Part shown: positions 49,103-61,290 of the stretch, piece by piece
Position numbering within the stretch: position 1 is the first letter of the stretch
Layout: the number at the start of each line of letters is the position of its first letter
From: Pelomyxa schiedti
Taxonomy: Eukaryota; Protista; Evosea
Assembly (NCBI GenBank): GCA_020536535.1
Contig: JAHLWZ010000800.1
Location: forward strand, 1 to 64,000
Direction of reading: 5' to 3'
DNA length: 64,000 nt
Notes under the pieces: model-generated
What the model was told of the DNA's origin: nothing
Database searches by the model: none
Seen by the model: only the letters and a program-made list of their open reading frames with translations
Made by a program: the position numbers and the translations under genes

Positions 49103-50716
49103 TTAAATCCTACATTGCATTCTTAGAGCATCCTCAGTCTCTTCAACGTAATAATTTGGTAGCCATTCCACTGGCTTGAATCCCAGTTTGTAGTAGAGTG
49201 ACATGGCCTTTCGGTTAAAGATACTAACATGTAGTTCCAAGGTGTTAATGTGGCAGGACCTAGCGCGGGGTGGTGCAACATCCATCAGAATTCTACCTAC
49301 ACCAAGTCCTTGACAAGAGCGGAATACTGCTAGACTGGCTATTTCCAGGAAGGAACCGTGTTCTGGTTTCAATGAAATGTAGCCACATAGCTGGTTGTCT
49401 GAAAAAAGTGAGATTGTCAAAAAAAAAAAGCTGTTCTTATTGTAGAGGGTAGGCGCACCATGAACGGCAATAAAAATGGCATGTGGTGCACCATAATGTA
49501 GTGCTTGGTGGAAATAGTAATCAGGGTAGGGGTATCTGAAGGCTTCACGCTCCAAAGTGTGAATCTGGTCCATAAAGTTTGGAGAGAAAGGTATCACACT
49601 AATATCGGCACTGGTGAAGGTTGGTTTTGAAGTGACTGTAAGAGCTGAAGTGGCGGCAGATTCAATTGGCCTTAGGGACAATGGGAAAAAAAAGGTATGT
49701 GACGAACATTCGGCGCCTACCTTGAGACACTATGACCCACAGAGCCATGCATTGGTTCTGGAGTCATAGGTGACACTGATGTGAGGACGATTGGGAAAGA
49801 AGGGAGGACCGGCAAAGCTGTTTCGAAAGGGAACTTCGCAAATACGTGAAGGGGGTCGTGGCTGCTGTGGAGGGCCTCACATTCTTCACACAAATTAAAG
49901 GAAGCTTGGCTGGAATTACAATTCATGCAGGTAAACCTGAAGAGGGTTCGTTTAATTTCGAGAGTTAAATGAAAGTAAACCTTACACCAATGATCGGGAA
50001 AAAACAATTCGAACAAAGGACTCCACGATGGACTACTTGCCGTTCAGCTGACTCGAATTCTTGAAGCCGAAGCTTTGGGGTTGTCATTGGAGTTCTGCGA
50101 AATCGGCGGTTAAATGTGGGCTTGAATTGGAATGCATGGGTACCTCGCCTTGATAAAGCTGTGCCTAGAGTTGTGAATAGGGTTATTTGACTGCTCTGGC
50201 ATTGATTCACTACAGGTGTCATAATCCATGCCGTTATTATCACGCATTTCGAGGTTGTGAGGCTTCTCCACAAAACTCGAACACAAAGCATCTTCCCACT
50301 TTCTTTCGCATGGTTCGCATAAATCCTACGCAAATAGGACAGGTCAGTATAATAACAATAATCGACCTTATTGAGAGTAAAGGGAAAAAAAAGAAAATAA
50401 ACGATGAACTCACAAAATCCGGACATTGTAGACAGTGGTAACGCGTTCCCACAATGGGAAAATCGCACGAGTCACAAATAGCCTTGTGCACCACTGTGCC
50501 GTCGTCGTCGCACCGTCCGCCCTTTGAATCGTCGCATCCGGCAAACTGCACGTCCTGGAATTCGTCGACGGGTCGACAAGCGGAACTCGGAGTTGCGGCC
50601 GCAGTTGCAGTCGCAGCAGATGGTGACGTCACAGGTGGCAAGGAGCAACTGCAACCTTCGCCCTCTGCCTCCTTACGGTCTCCTCTGTCCTCCCGAGACC
50701 GCACCGTCGTTTGCAT
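49103..50716 (-). CDS. ZZ-ZZ-GNAT (RimI/NAA10-like acetyltransferase) fusion protein
   Basis: ZZ1 HKAICDSCDFPIVGTRYHCLQCPDF|DLCEPCE; ZZ2 HRGVLCSNCFFPIIGV|RFTCMNC...NLCEECE; phase-2 intron joins VSR|PIES in frame to GNAT (IASLAVFRSCQGLGVG, LHVSIFNRKAMSLYYKLGF, NYYVEETEDALRM). Confidence 0.75.
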
Positions 50717-50773
50717 CGCCCAACAGACACGTTTTTTTTTTGAATCCACTCGAAAGAAATCAGGGTGTTGAAT

Positions 50774-52655
50774 TCATGGTGCTGAACCGTCGCCGTTACC
50801 CCGTGCTATTCTGCTTGGGGAAAACAGCCGCGACAGGAGACCAGGCCCCAGGCCAGGCAGGACCCTCCTCGCGGCGTCCTCGACCCTGTCCCCATGCTCC
50901 CTGGCGTCGGCCGCCACCTCGGCTGCCACGTCATGCACCCCCGGCCTGCTGCTGCCGCCGCTGCCCCTCGGCCCCTCCTCCCCCTTGCGCCTGCGCGCAG
51001 CCGCCTCCCCGAGCTCCTTGGCCACGGCCTCCCAGCCCTCCGCCCCCACGCCCGCATACTCGCGCCCGCACAGGGCGGCGGCGAGCCCCAGGGTCGCCTC
51101 GGGCCCGGGGCCGCAGCGAGGCGCGGTGCGGGCGCGCGCGGGGACGATTCCGGCGACGCAGCGGAGGGCGAAGTTGGACGAGGCGGCGCCGAGGAGCTTG
51201 AGGGACTCCAGGAGGCTGAGGGCGAGGAGCGGCCGGAACGTATTTATCTGCAGGGCCCCTTGGAGTGTACTGAGGGAGACTGTGAGGTCACTTCCGTGTA
51301 CCTAGATATTGATGGGTGTTGGTTGGCTCACTTGGGAATACTGGATGATGTAGGTGTGTGTTTGAGGGTGATTGCTTGGAGATACCTTAGCCACTACCAT
51401 TTGCAGTGCTTCACATTGTGAGGGGTTGGCTTTGCTGGGCATAATGGAAGAGCCAGGCTCGTTATTGGGAAGCTGAATATCTCCCAAACCACATCTGGGA
51501 CCAGAAGCTAGCCACTTCAAATCTATTGGCGTTTCCAGTTAGGCTAGAGTTCTTAACTATGTCAAAATTTGACCGTTGGCTATCTTATTCAAGGCACATG
51601 AGTACGTTCTAAATGAGCCGCTCAGATGAACTAGAGAATCACATGCACTTAGGGACTCAAAACAGTTCGAGGCCACCCGAAAGGGGATGTGAGTCCAGGC
51701 TGCGATTTTTTCTACAACTGCATTTCCGAATCCTTTTGGTGCTCCAAATCCTGTAGAAGTAGGTTATATTAATCTGTTATGCTTGCACAGTGATATGTAC
51801 CAGTACCGACTGCTGTGGCCCCAATTGGGAGTTCGTGTATGTCACCTAAAGCTTCTTTTACACGGTTAATGCATTTGTCAAGCTGAGTAGCATATCCAGA
51901 GAATATCTGATACTGTTAAACCAACACCCAGTTTGAAATATGGGCAACCTGCCCAAGAGTCATTGGTAATGCATCCATCAAGTGTGTCCTGCCAATAGTA
52001 ACTACATTCTCAAACTCCTTCACTTTGGTGTGCAACTCTTTACTGAGCTTTCCCATTCCCGGTAGAAGGGTATTTTGTGCAAGCTGCAGGATTGCTATAT
52101 TTACGGCTGCAGGGAATGTATCATTTGATGATTGCGATGCATTGACGTGATCGTTTGGGTGAACAGGATCCTTTGCACCAAGCTCTTTTCCAAGAAGCTG
52201 GTTACACCTGTTGCTTATAACCTGCACATCACAAAGGTTAGCTTTATACGTGTTTTCCACGAACTCGATCCCCTCTCAAAGTACCTCGTTCAAGTTCATA
52301 TTAGTGTGGGTTCCCGAGCCCAATTGCCACACCAGAGCCGGAAAATGTTCATCCAAAACACCCGATTCCACCTCCTCAGACACATCACATATTACCCTCA
52401 TTCTCTCCTTGTCCAGGATTCCCATCTCCCCATTCACAACAGCACAGGCCCTATGTTTTTGTAAGTCCGGCACAAGCTGAACCGAAATTTACCAGGAACC
52501 AACCTCTTTATAACCGCTAGTGCGTGAACTACCTCAATTGGCACCAAATCACAACCAATTGAGCCGAAGTTGCGCAAGTGCCTCTGTGTCTGAGCACCCC
52601 AAAGCCTGTCCCCGCCAATACCTACTTCCCCAAGTGTATCACCTTCAAATCTCAT
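50774..52655 (-). CDS. fumC: Class II fumarate hydratase (FumC type), divergent, no evident targeting peptide
   Basis: [11 protein letters not shown]...[87 protein letters not shown]. Confidence 0.9.
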
Positions 52656-52774
52656 TTTTTTTTCCAAAAGAATGTACTTTTTTGGAACATTCATCATGTT
52701 GTTAATCAACTCGAAACAAAATTGGTGCCGTTCCATCGAAGGTGGGGTGTTGGAAAATTCGAGTTTGTTGTAGC

Positions 52775-55126
52775 TCATATGGCTTCCTCAGTCTCCTCAT
52801 ATCCACCAAGCACGTTCATCTCCTGAGGCTCGAAAGACCTTGTGAACTTCTTTCTGCTGTTGTAAATTCCGGCGCAGATGAACGCGGACGCAGCGCCTCC
52901 GAGCATCGCGACTGCTCCCACGACGATGATTGCAATTCCCCAGCCCGGCATCCCCTTCTTCCCCTCTGATGATGAACTCAGGCTTCCGGCTTCGCTCACT
53001 GACTCTGACTCGGATTCGGATTCTGACTCTGACTCTGACTCGCTCTCCGACTCTGACTCGCTCTCGGATTCGCTCTCAGATTCTGATTCTGATTCTGATT
53101 CACTCTCAGACTCCGACGCGCTCTCAGACTCTGACTCGCTCTCAGATTCTGATTCTGATTCTGATTCACTCTCGGACTCGGAGGATGAACCGGATTCAGA
53201 CTCGGACTCGCTCTCAGAAACGCTCTCAGACTCTGACTCACTATCAGATTCACTCACCGACTCACTCACCGACTCACTCCCAGAGACACTGCTGGAATCC
53301 GACACACTAATTGACTTGGAGACGCTTGTGGATTCGCTCTGTGAAATGCTCTGACTCTCTGACACACTGTTGCTGTTACTCGCGCTCACACTATGACTAA
53401 CACTGTCACTTTCACTTGAGCTGCTATGGCTTGAACTCTCACTGATACTTGTGCTCTGGCTGTAACTGTTGCTCGAGCTCTGACTCGAACTCTCACTGCT
53501 CACACTGCTGTTAGAGCTCTCACTTGAACTTTCACTGCAACTTGTGGAACTCTCGCTGTTGCTGGTAGAGCTCTCGCTACTACTGCTCACGCTGCTGCTC
53601 TCGCTTGAGCTCTCACTTCTGCTTCGGCTTGAGCTCTCGCTACTACTCTGGCTGCTCTCGCTCGAGCTCTCGCTGCTGCTATGGCTGCTCTCACTTGAGC
53701 TTAAACTGCTGCTTTGGCTTGAGCTCTCGCTGCTACTCTGGCTCGAGCTCTCGCTGCTCTCACTTGAACTCTCACTTGAGCTTTCACTACTGCTCTGGCT
53801 GCTCTCACTTGAGCTCTCACTGCTGCTCTGGCTTGAGCTCTCGCTACGGCTTTCACTTGAGCTCTGGCTTGAACTCTCACTACTGCTCTCGCTCGAGCTC
53901 TCGCTGCTGCTTTGGCTGGAACTAACACTGGAGCTCTCGCTCGAGCTCTGACTACTACTTTGACTGGAGCTCTCACTTGAACTTTGACTGCTGCTGCTGC
54001 TAGCGCTGGAGCTCTGGCTTGAACTCTGGCTGCTGCTTTGGCTTGAACTCTGACTGCTGCTTTGGCTGGAACTCACACTGGAGCTCTGACTACTGCTTTG
54101 ACTGGAGCTCTCACTTGAACTTTGACTGGAACTCTCACTTGAACTTTGGCTCGAGCTCTGGCTGCTCTCGCTGCTGCTGCTAAAGCTCTCAGCAGCTTCA
54201 GAGCAACAATCGTCGTAGTAACTCACAGACTTCCCACTAGCTCCAAGATCGACAGGAAATGGAATCCAGGTCCACCCAGCGGTCCCAGAAGTTGTAAGCG
54301 CCCCGCGATACATCTGTAGGGAGAAATCATAGTCACGAACAAAAGCCGTAATTCCCAGGGTGCGGTAGCAGTCGTCAAAACCAATGGAATTAATGTACGA
54401 CCAAGATGTGCCAGTGAGAGGCACCTGGCCTATCTCAGTGTATCCTGAGCGAGCTAAAACCTTGATTGCCTTTGAAGGGTTGTTAACAGAAACCAGAACC
54501 TTGGCGTTATAATCAGAGATAGCGATTCCTTCCATATCATAAGGCACGACCGCGTCGCTCTTGGGTGAGCTTGGGTTGTCAGCCGGGTCAACCGTGATTA
54601 TGTGAAAGGTACTATCGCTGTTCTCAAAGCAGATGAACAGAAGCTGCTCCTGGTCTGACCAAGTCATCGCCCTGACTCCATTTGAGCTGACCACAGCCGA
54701 GATAGTAGCGAGATCGGTGAAAGTGCAAGGCGAACCGGTTGTTACTATTTCGACCAAATGCCTGTCACTGTTGCGTATGGCGTACACGGTGCTGCCCCCG
54801 AGCGTAGCCGCGTCGATGTCCGACGCCAGCGGGCATACGTCGGTGATGGTAGAGAAGTCGCTTGGGAATGTGAAGAGGTGGTCCACTCCAGAAATTGAAT
54901 TTACTCCCAATCCGACTGTGGACGGAAAGCAACAACCACAAGTCACAACAACGTGTTAGTGAATCCACCAAGGTGTTGGGAGGAACAACGCACTTGTTGT
55001 TACAGCGGCACGGATTGTCGAGGCTGGAAAGAAAGTGATTCTTTAAAAAACAAACAGAACGAAAGTGCCTGCAATCAAAAAAAAGAACACCAAAAACGAT
55101 AACCCTTCGGGGTCGTTCTTGGTCAT
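52775..55126 (-). CDS. Type I surface protein 1: signal peptide, beta-rich (propeller-like) head, Ser/Glu/Gln stalk, TM helix, short tail
   Basis: Two short 5' exons give [33 protein letters not shown]. Cys-containing beta-rich head of ~250 aa; SSESSSQ and (ES)n repeats; [29 protein letters not shown]. Confidence 0.85.
52996..54180 (-). repeat. Coding (ES)n and SSESSSQ repeat array, paralog 1
   Basis: Plus-strand gactct/gagctctc degenerate tandem repeats. Confidence 0.9.
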
Positions 55127-55173
55127 CTTGTGTTCAAATTCCCGGCGTTCGGCAAAAGCGATCAAATGTACGT

Positions 55174-55258
55174 ACTAACTCAACTACCGGAAAATACCCC
55201 GCCACCAAATTTTCTTCTAGGATCACACTAACTCAACTACCGTAAAATACCACGCCAC
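55174..55258. promoter_or_regulatory. 32-bp direct repeat x2 (2 mismatches, 53-bp period) just upstream of surface protein 1
   Basis: actaactcaactaccggaaaataccccgccac (55174-55205) and actaactcaactaccgtaaaataccacgccac (55227-55258). Regulatory role is inferred from position only. Confidence 0.5.
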
Positions 55259-55460
55259 AGTAAGGAAGGGAAAAAAAAAAAAAAGAAAATCTACATTGTT
55301 TTGTACTCACCCCATAGGGAAAAAAAAATGAAAGGTTGCCGTACCGTTTGGGATGAAGGGTTGTAGGTGGTGATGCTGATGTAAAATAAAGAGACGGAAG
55401 TGGGAAGTGGTGTAGAATGTGATGGAGTGGTGAAGGGTGGTGTTGTTGTAGGTGGTGCTC

Positions 55461-57864
55461 TCATACGGCTTCCTCAGTCTCATCAAATCCACCAAGCACG
55501 TTCATCTCCTGAGGCTCGAAAGACCTTGTGAACTTCTTTCTGCTGTTGTAAATTCCGGCGCAGATGAACGCGGACGCAGCGCCTCCGAGCATCGCGACTG
55601 CTCCCACGACGATGATTGCAATTCCCCAGCCCGGCATCCCCTTCTTCCCCTCTGATGATGAACTCAGGCTTCCGGCTTCGCTCACTGACTCTGACTCGGA
55701 TTCGGATTCTGACTCTGACTCTGACTCGCTCTCCGACTCTGACTCGCTCTCCGACTCTGACTCGCTCTCGGATTCGCTCTCGGATTCGCTCTCGGATTCG
55801 CTCTCGGATTCACTCTCGGATTCACTCTCGGATTCTGATTCGCTCTCGGATTCTGATTCGCTCTCGGATTCTGATTCGCTCTCGGATTCTGATTCGCTCT
55901 CGGAAGCACTTGAACTTGTGCTAGAACTCTCACTGACACTAGAGCTCTGGCTTGAGCTCTGACTGCTGCTTTCACTTAAGCTCTGGCTTGAGCTCTCACT
56001 GCTGCTCTCAGAGCTGCTACTGAAGCTTTCGCTGCTGCTGCTTTCACTCGAGCTCTGGCTTGAGCTCTCACTGTTGCTTTCACTGCTGCTGCTCTCACTT
56101 GAACTCTGGCTTGAGCTCTCACTGCTGCTCTCAGAGCTGCTACTGAAGCTTTCGCTGCTGCTGCTTTCACTTGAGCTCTGGCTTGAGCTCTCACTGCTGC
56201 TCTCAGAGCTGCTGCTTTCACTTGAGCTCTGGCTCGAACTCTGGCTCGAACTCTCGGAGCTGCTGCTTTCACTCGAGCTCTGGCTTGAACTCTCACTGCT
56301 GCTTTCGCTGCTGCTACTGAAGCTTTCGCTGCTGCTGCTTTCGCTGGAGCTCTGGCTTGAACTCTCACTGCTGCTTTCACTGCGGCTGCTCTCGCTGCTG
56401 CTGCTTTCACTTGAGCTCTGGCTTGAGCTCTGGCTTGAACTCTCAGACCTGCTGCTTTCACTCGAGCTCTGGCTTGAACTCTCACTGCTGCTGGTGCTGG
56501 AGCTCTGACTCTCACTGCTGCTAGTGCTGGAGCTCTGGCTCTCACTGCTGCTGCTCTCACTCGAACTTTGGCTTGAGCTCTCACTGCTGCTATGGCTGCT
56601 CACAGAGCTGCTCTCACTTGAACTCTCACTGCTGCTCTGACTCGAGCTCTGGCTGCTGCTTTCGCTCGAACTCTCACTGGAGCTCGCACTTGAACTCTCA
56701 CTGCTGCTCTGGCTTGAGCTCTCGCTTGAGCTGTCGCTGCTGCTCTGGCTCGAGCTGTCGCTGCTGCTCTGGCTCGAGCTGTCGCTGCTGCTCTGGCTTG
56801 AGCTGTCGCTGCTGCTCTCGCTCGAACTCTCGCTGCTGCTGTCGCTTGAGCTCTCACTCGAACTCTTGCTCGAGCTCTCGCTCTCACTGCTGCTTAAGCT
56901 CGCAGCAGCTAAAGAGCAACAATCGTCGTAGTATCCAACAAACTTCCCAGTGAGTCCGATATCTTGACCCGACAGGACCTGGGTCCACGTAGGGGACGCA
57001 GTAAGCGGTGCTCTGTACATCTTTATTGAAGAGTCGGAGTACTTGATGTAAGCCGTGATTCCATTGCTGCGGTCACAGTCGTCAAAGGCAAGGGCCTGAA
57101 TCTCATTCCAGTTTTCGCCAGCAATAGACACCTCACTCAGCGGGGTGCCCATGGCGTCACGCGCGACGACCCTTATTTTGGGCTCTGAGGTGGACAGAAT
57201 CACCTTTGCGTTGTAGTCCGAGATAGCAATGCCGGTTACTGACCAAGGCACAGATACGGTCTCCTTGGTTGTGGCAACAGCGCTTGGGTCAATGACGAGG
57301 ATCTTATAGGCGCCGCCGCCGCTGTCGACAACGATGAACAGAGCGCTTTCCTGGTCAGACCAAGTCATCGCTATGACGGAGGCGGCTGTCAGGTCGGCAT
57401 TCGCACCAATTTCGGTGTAGCCGCAGGGTGATGTTGTGGCTATTTTGCCCAGGTGGTTGTCACTCGATCCGATGACGTACAGGTCGCTGCCCCCCAGCGC
57501 GACCGCATTGGTTCCTGTAGAGACGGAAGCGCATACTGAACCGATGGTACCGAAATCGTCGGGAATCGTGTAGAGCGATGTGGTGCCGGAAGTAGAGCCC
57601 ATTCCCAAGCCAACTGCAGGTTCATGTTAGTTGGTATACCGACCCAACAACAATTCAAAAAAAAAAATCCGTTTGAGCTGCGAAACGAAGACTTAAGGGG
57701 AACAGCAGTTTTGTTTGTTGGTGGTGAGACAGAACTACACACTTGTGACCGCTTGGGCACAAAGTATCGAAGCTGTGCTATTGTTAAAACCAAGCCAGCG
57801 ACAAAAGAGAACAACCTCCTATCAAAAAAGCGAGCACCAAAAACGAAGACGCGTCGTGGGTCAT
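55461..57864 (-). CDS. Type I surface protein 2, tandem paralog of 52775-55126
   Basis: [33 protein letters not shown] after two introns; same head, stalk, TM and tail layout. Confidence 0.85.
55680..56895 (-). repeat. Coding (ES)n and SSESSSQ repeat array, paralog 2
   Basis: Degenerate tandem repeats as in paralog 1. Confidence 0.9.
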
Positions 57865-58201
57865 GTTGAACCGTTTGGTTTTTATTTATTTTTTTTTTAT
57901 TTTTACAAAAGGAAATAGGGGAATGTAAATTTGGTACAAAACAAAAGGCAGAAAAAAAAACGAAAACGGAGAAAGACCGGGTTTAAGGCAATTACTATAA
58001 ATATCCATCAACACATTTCTCATTATTTTCGATTTAATTGCGGGGATGAGCCTTAAAAAAGAACTCGATACCTACGTGTGTTTTCTTGTGAATTCGAATA
58101 TTTTCCTCCTTACTGTGTGCCCTTCCCTCAAACCAGGTCAAAGAACAAACCACATTTGTTGATAATGCAAAATTTATTGTTTGTTTTTTTGATTTCATGT
58201 G

Positions 58202-60418
58202 TTAGAGGTTGGAGTTGTCTGTCACAACAACGTTGTTGAGAGTGCCGGATGAATCCGTGAGTGTGAGGCTGGGTGTCTCTGACGCGTTGTTGGTGTTTTC
58301 CTCTTTAATTGCCGCTTGTATGTCAATAATTTCCGGAAGCTTGAGTAATTCTTGCTTGCTGATAAGCTGGTACAAAAGGCCCAGCAAGGCAGATAGCACG
58401 AAGAAAAGAAGAGACAGGAATAGCGTGGTGCCACTGGCTGTCGACCCAATAATCATAGTCATAGTGCAGAATATGAGCGGGATGGTGCACATTGCAGTCA
58501 AACCACGTTGACCAAGCGGAATCTTCATTGGCCTTGGGAGGTTCGGATATCTGTGTAACATTACAAATTATAAGTTCGAGTGCTCTAGATTTACCTCCAG
58601 CGCATTAAAAGTAGGCATGCTATTTCAATAATTAAACGGTAAGCATAAACAACACAGTCTACAGCGACAAGCTCCTCGAAGTCGAGGAAAAGGGTGAGAA
58701 TGAGGACTACTCCTCCTGCCAAGACAGTTAGTAAGAAAAAAAAAAAGTAGGTACAAACCATTTAGTAAAATACAAGTGTCAGGGGTCTTTGCAGGAGTGA
58801 GAAATTTTCAAAATGTGACATTTCATACTTTTAGTTTTGAATTTAGTCTATCAAATGGCTTGAAGACATATGGAATGATATGTAGTTGAGCAATTCCATA
58901 AAAAAGTCTGGACGTAGTACACATCAATGTTACCAAATAACTGTGGTTGTGTTGGTTCAATACACATTTTGGTTGCGTACCCAAATGAACTTATCATGCC
59001 GCCGACAAACATCATCCATGGAAGTGCTGCTCTAATCCAACTGGGGCCAATCTGTTCACAAATTGTTACAAAGTAACCGTCACTCCAATCTGTCATTGCT
59101 ATAAGTGGGAAAATGGTGATCAAAGTACTTTGCCAGTTGGGATCTACACTCAGACCAACAAGAACCGGCAGGAGATAAGTAAGCATGGCACCAGTAGTCA
59201 AGAGAAGCCTGGGGGATTATAAACAAGGAGTATGAGTGAATAAAGCGAACATTGCGCGCGGAAATGACTTCTCTGCATCAACAACCTCTTCACTAAGACA
59301 ATATTGGATAAATTTATTGGATGCAGTGGTACCTTATGTTACCGGCTCCATCAGCACCATTAAGATTCCTAGTAAGTTACTATTAACTGCAAGAGGGCAC
59401 AAAGAAACTGACCAAAATATCAGGGGAAAGAATACTGCCCAATCCATCTGTACGAATTTGGGAACTTCACCCCAGGTCGTTGGATCCAATTGAGGGGCGC
59501 CAAAAACAACCATTACAATGAAGGGGCTTAGAACAACGACCAGTAACCCCAGAGCCACAACACCAACAATGTCAACTCCAACGATATTTAGTGCCACTGC
59601 CAAAACTACAACACCAGTTTTTACAGTTGCCTGAAGAGTGTGAGCTTGAGAGGAAACCTATTGGCAAATACCTTTTCCCAGCCATTTAAAGGAATCATTT
59701 CTGTTACATAATCGACAAAAAGAGCAGGATAAACGGCATTATCCGTAATGCTGGTAACTACTTAACGTAAATTGAAAGCCTTACAGAGAAGGACAAACCA
59801 ATTGACGAAAATATAATTTGAAAGGTAAAAAATCTAGAACCCTTCTTGTGAAAAGCTGTGGTGGTCCACTGAATCATGCCCGCATTTGAAGGAAGGGCAC
59901 TAGAGAGTTCTGCAGTCAACATACACATGGGGAACTTTTGGCTGTCACCAAAATAAAAAAAAAAAAAAAAAAATCAATACCTGAACCAACCAAGGTAGTA
60001 CAGTAATAAATATAATCGCGAGAAGAGGTCCCACAGATCCAACTACATCCTGAGTTTGGGATTAAAAATAGCAAGACTATCACCAGAGGAAAGGTAAAAC
60101 ACCTCTACACCGTAAGCACCTAAAAGCATAATTAATGAGGGGAAAACCAAAGGCAATAGCGCAAACACACAGACCAGCACAGTCGTCATAGAGACGATAA
60201 CCACGGTCACCACCACACCAACACTACCAAACCAATAAACCAGTAGGGATCATTGGAAAGGGAAGGTGAGGTGGAAATAGAGCCGAAACTGAACCTCCAA
60301 TGCAAGCCACAAAAAGAATCGCGAAGAGCCGGAGCGTCCCAATGCATTGCTTTGGTTTCACAAGTTCCACCTTTTGAGGCACCTCTTCCTGCAATTTTTC
60401 TATTCCAGGTGTCCCCAC
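58202..60418 (-). CDS. APC-superfamily amino acid/polyamine transporter (PUT/RMV1/POT1-like)
   Basis: FVACIGG|AYGVE|DVVGSVGPLL, PMCMLTAELSSALPSNAG, DNAVYPALFVDY, RYPNLPRPMKIP; multiple TM segments. Confidence 0.85.
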
Positions 60419-60879
60419 AAGCGGCTTTGAGTCGGGATCTTGGACTACAACAATAGTACCATACGATTCAGAATCCCCCTTGTTTTGCTAGGCTTTAATT
60501 GGAGAATAAAGTAAAGGGCGAGGAAAACCTGCAAGTTTAAGGCAGTAGTTTTTGTGATAGGCGAACTGCGGTTAACTTTGACAAAGGTCAACGCGAATGA
60601 AAGGGAAAAAAGTAGAGAAAGAGAAGAGACGCAACTGCTAGCCGACATAGTCGCAGTATTCACAGGAGTCCAAATCACGGTGTCGTACTTCCGGTTTTGA
60701 CGTAGCCACAACGGACGTTTTGAGATGGGTTATTTTGTTGTATTTTGTGCTCTCTTTCACTTTTTCAGAAGATCTTTATTTCCTGGGTTTTCCCTTTTCC
60801 CCAAACAACAAATGCGGTTGCACAACCCATCAATCGAAAAACCACAAAGTTACGAGATCAGAATCAAACAACATTCCAG

Positions 60880-61290
60880 ATGGCATCACTTCCCTGCACC
60901 ACAGCCGCCTCTTCCCCTTCGTCCCAGTCCCAGTCCCAGTCGTCTCTGGTTTCGCCGACCCCGACCGCCGCGGCCGCCGCGCCGCCGGTTCCTGCCCCAA
61001 CCGTCACCAAACACGTCAAGATCAGCGGCCGCGTGCAGGGCGTGAGCTACCGCGCCAGCATGCAGTGGGTCGCCCAGTCCAAGGGCGTCGCGGGCTGGGT
61101 CCGCAACTGCGCCGACGGCTCCGTCGAGGCCGTCGTCCAGGGCGACGACGCCGCGGTCGCCGCCGTGCTCGCGTGGGCCCGCGACGGCCCCAGGTGCGCC
61201 TCGGTCGACGGCGTCGCCGTCCTGCGCGACCAAGTTGGCCAGGGCGAGGCGTTCAGGACTTTCAGCATCAGGGACGACGACGAGTGGTAG
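60880..61290 (+). CDS. acyP: Acylphosphatase with disordered N-terminal extension
   Basis: ISGRVQGVSYR...GVAGWVRNCADGSVEAVVQG...GP; intronless and GC-rich. Confidence 0.9.
   Translation: MASLPCTTAASSPSSQSQSQSSLVSPTPTAAAAAPPVPAPTVTKHVKISGRVQGVSYRASMQWVAQSKGVAGWVRNCADGSVEAVVQGDDAAVAAVLAWARDGPRCASVDGVAVLRDQVGQGEAFRTFSIRDDDEW

Noticed and set aside
55174-55258. CRISPR-like repeat-spacer
   Set aside because: Only two units, eukaryotic context, no cas genes.
60123-60293. Hydrophobic open frame inside the long first intron of the transporter (possible extra TM exon)
   Set aside because: The available upstream acceptor puts it out of frame with an early stop, and the canonical GG|AYGVE splice restores the family motif.
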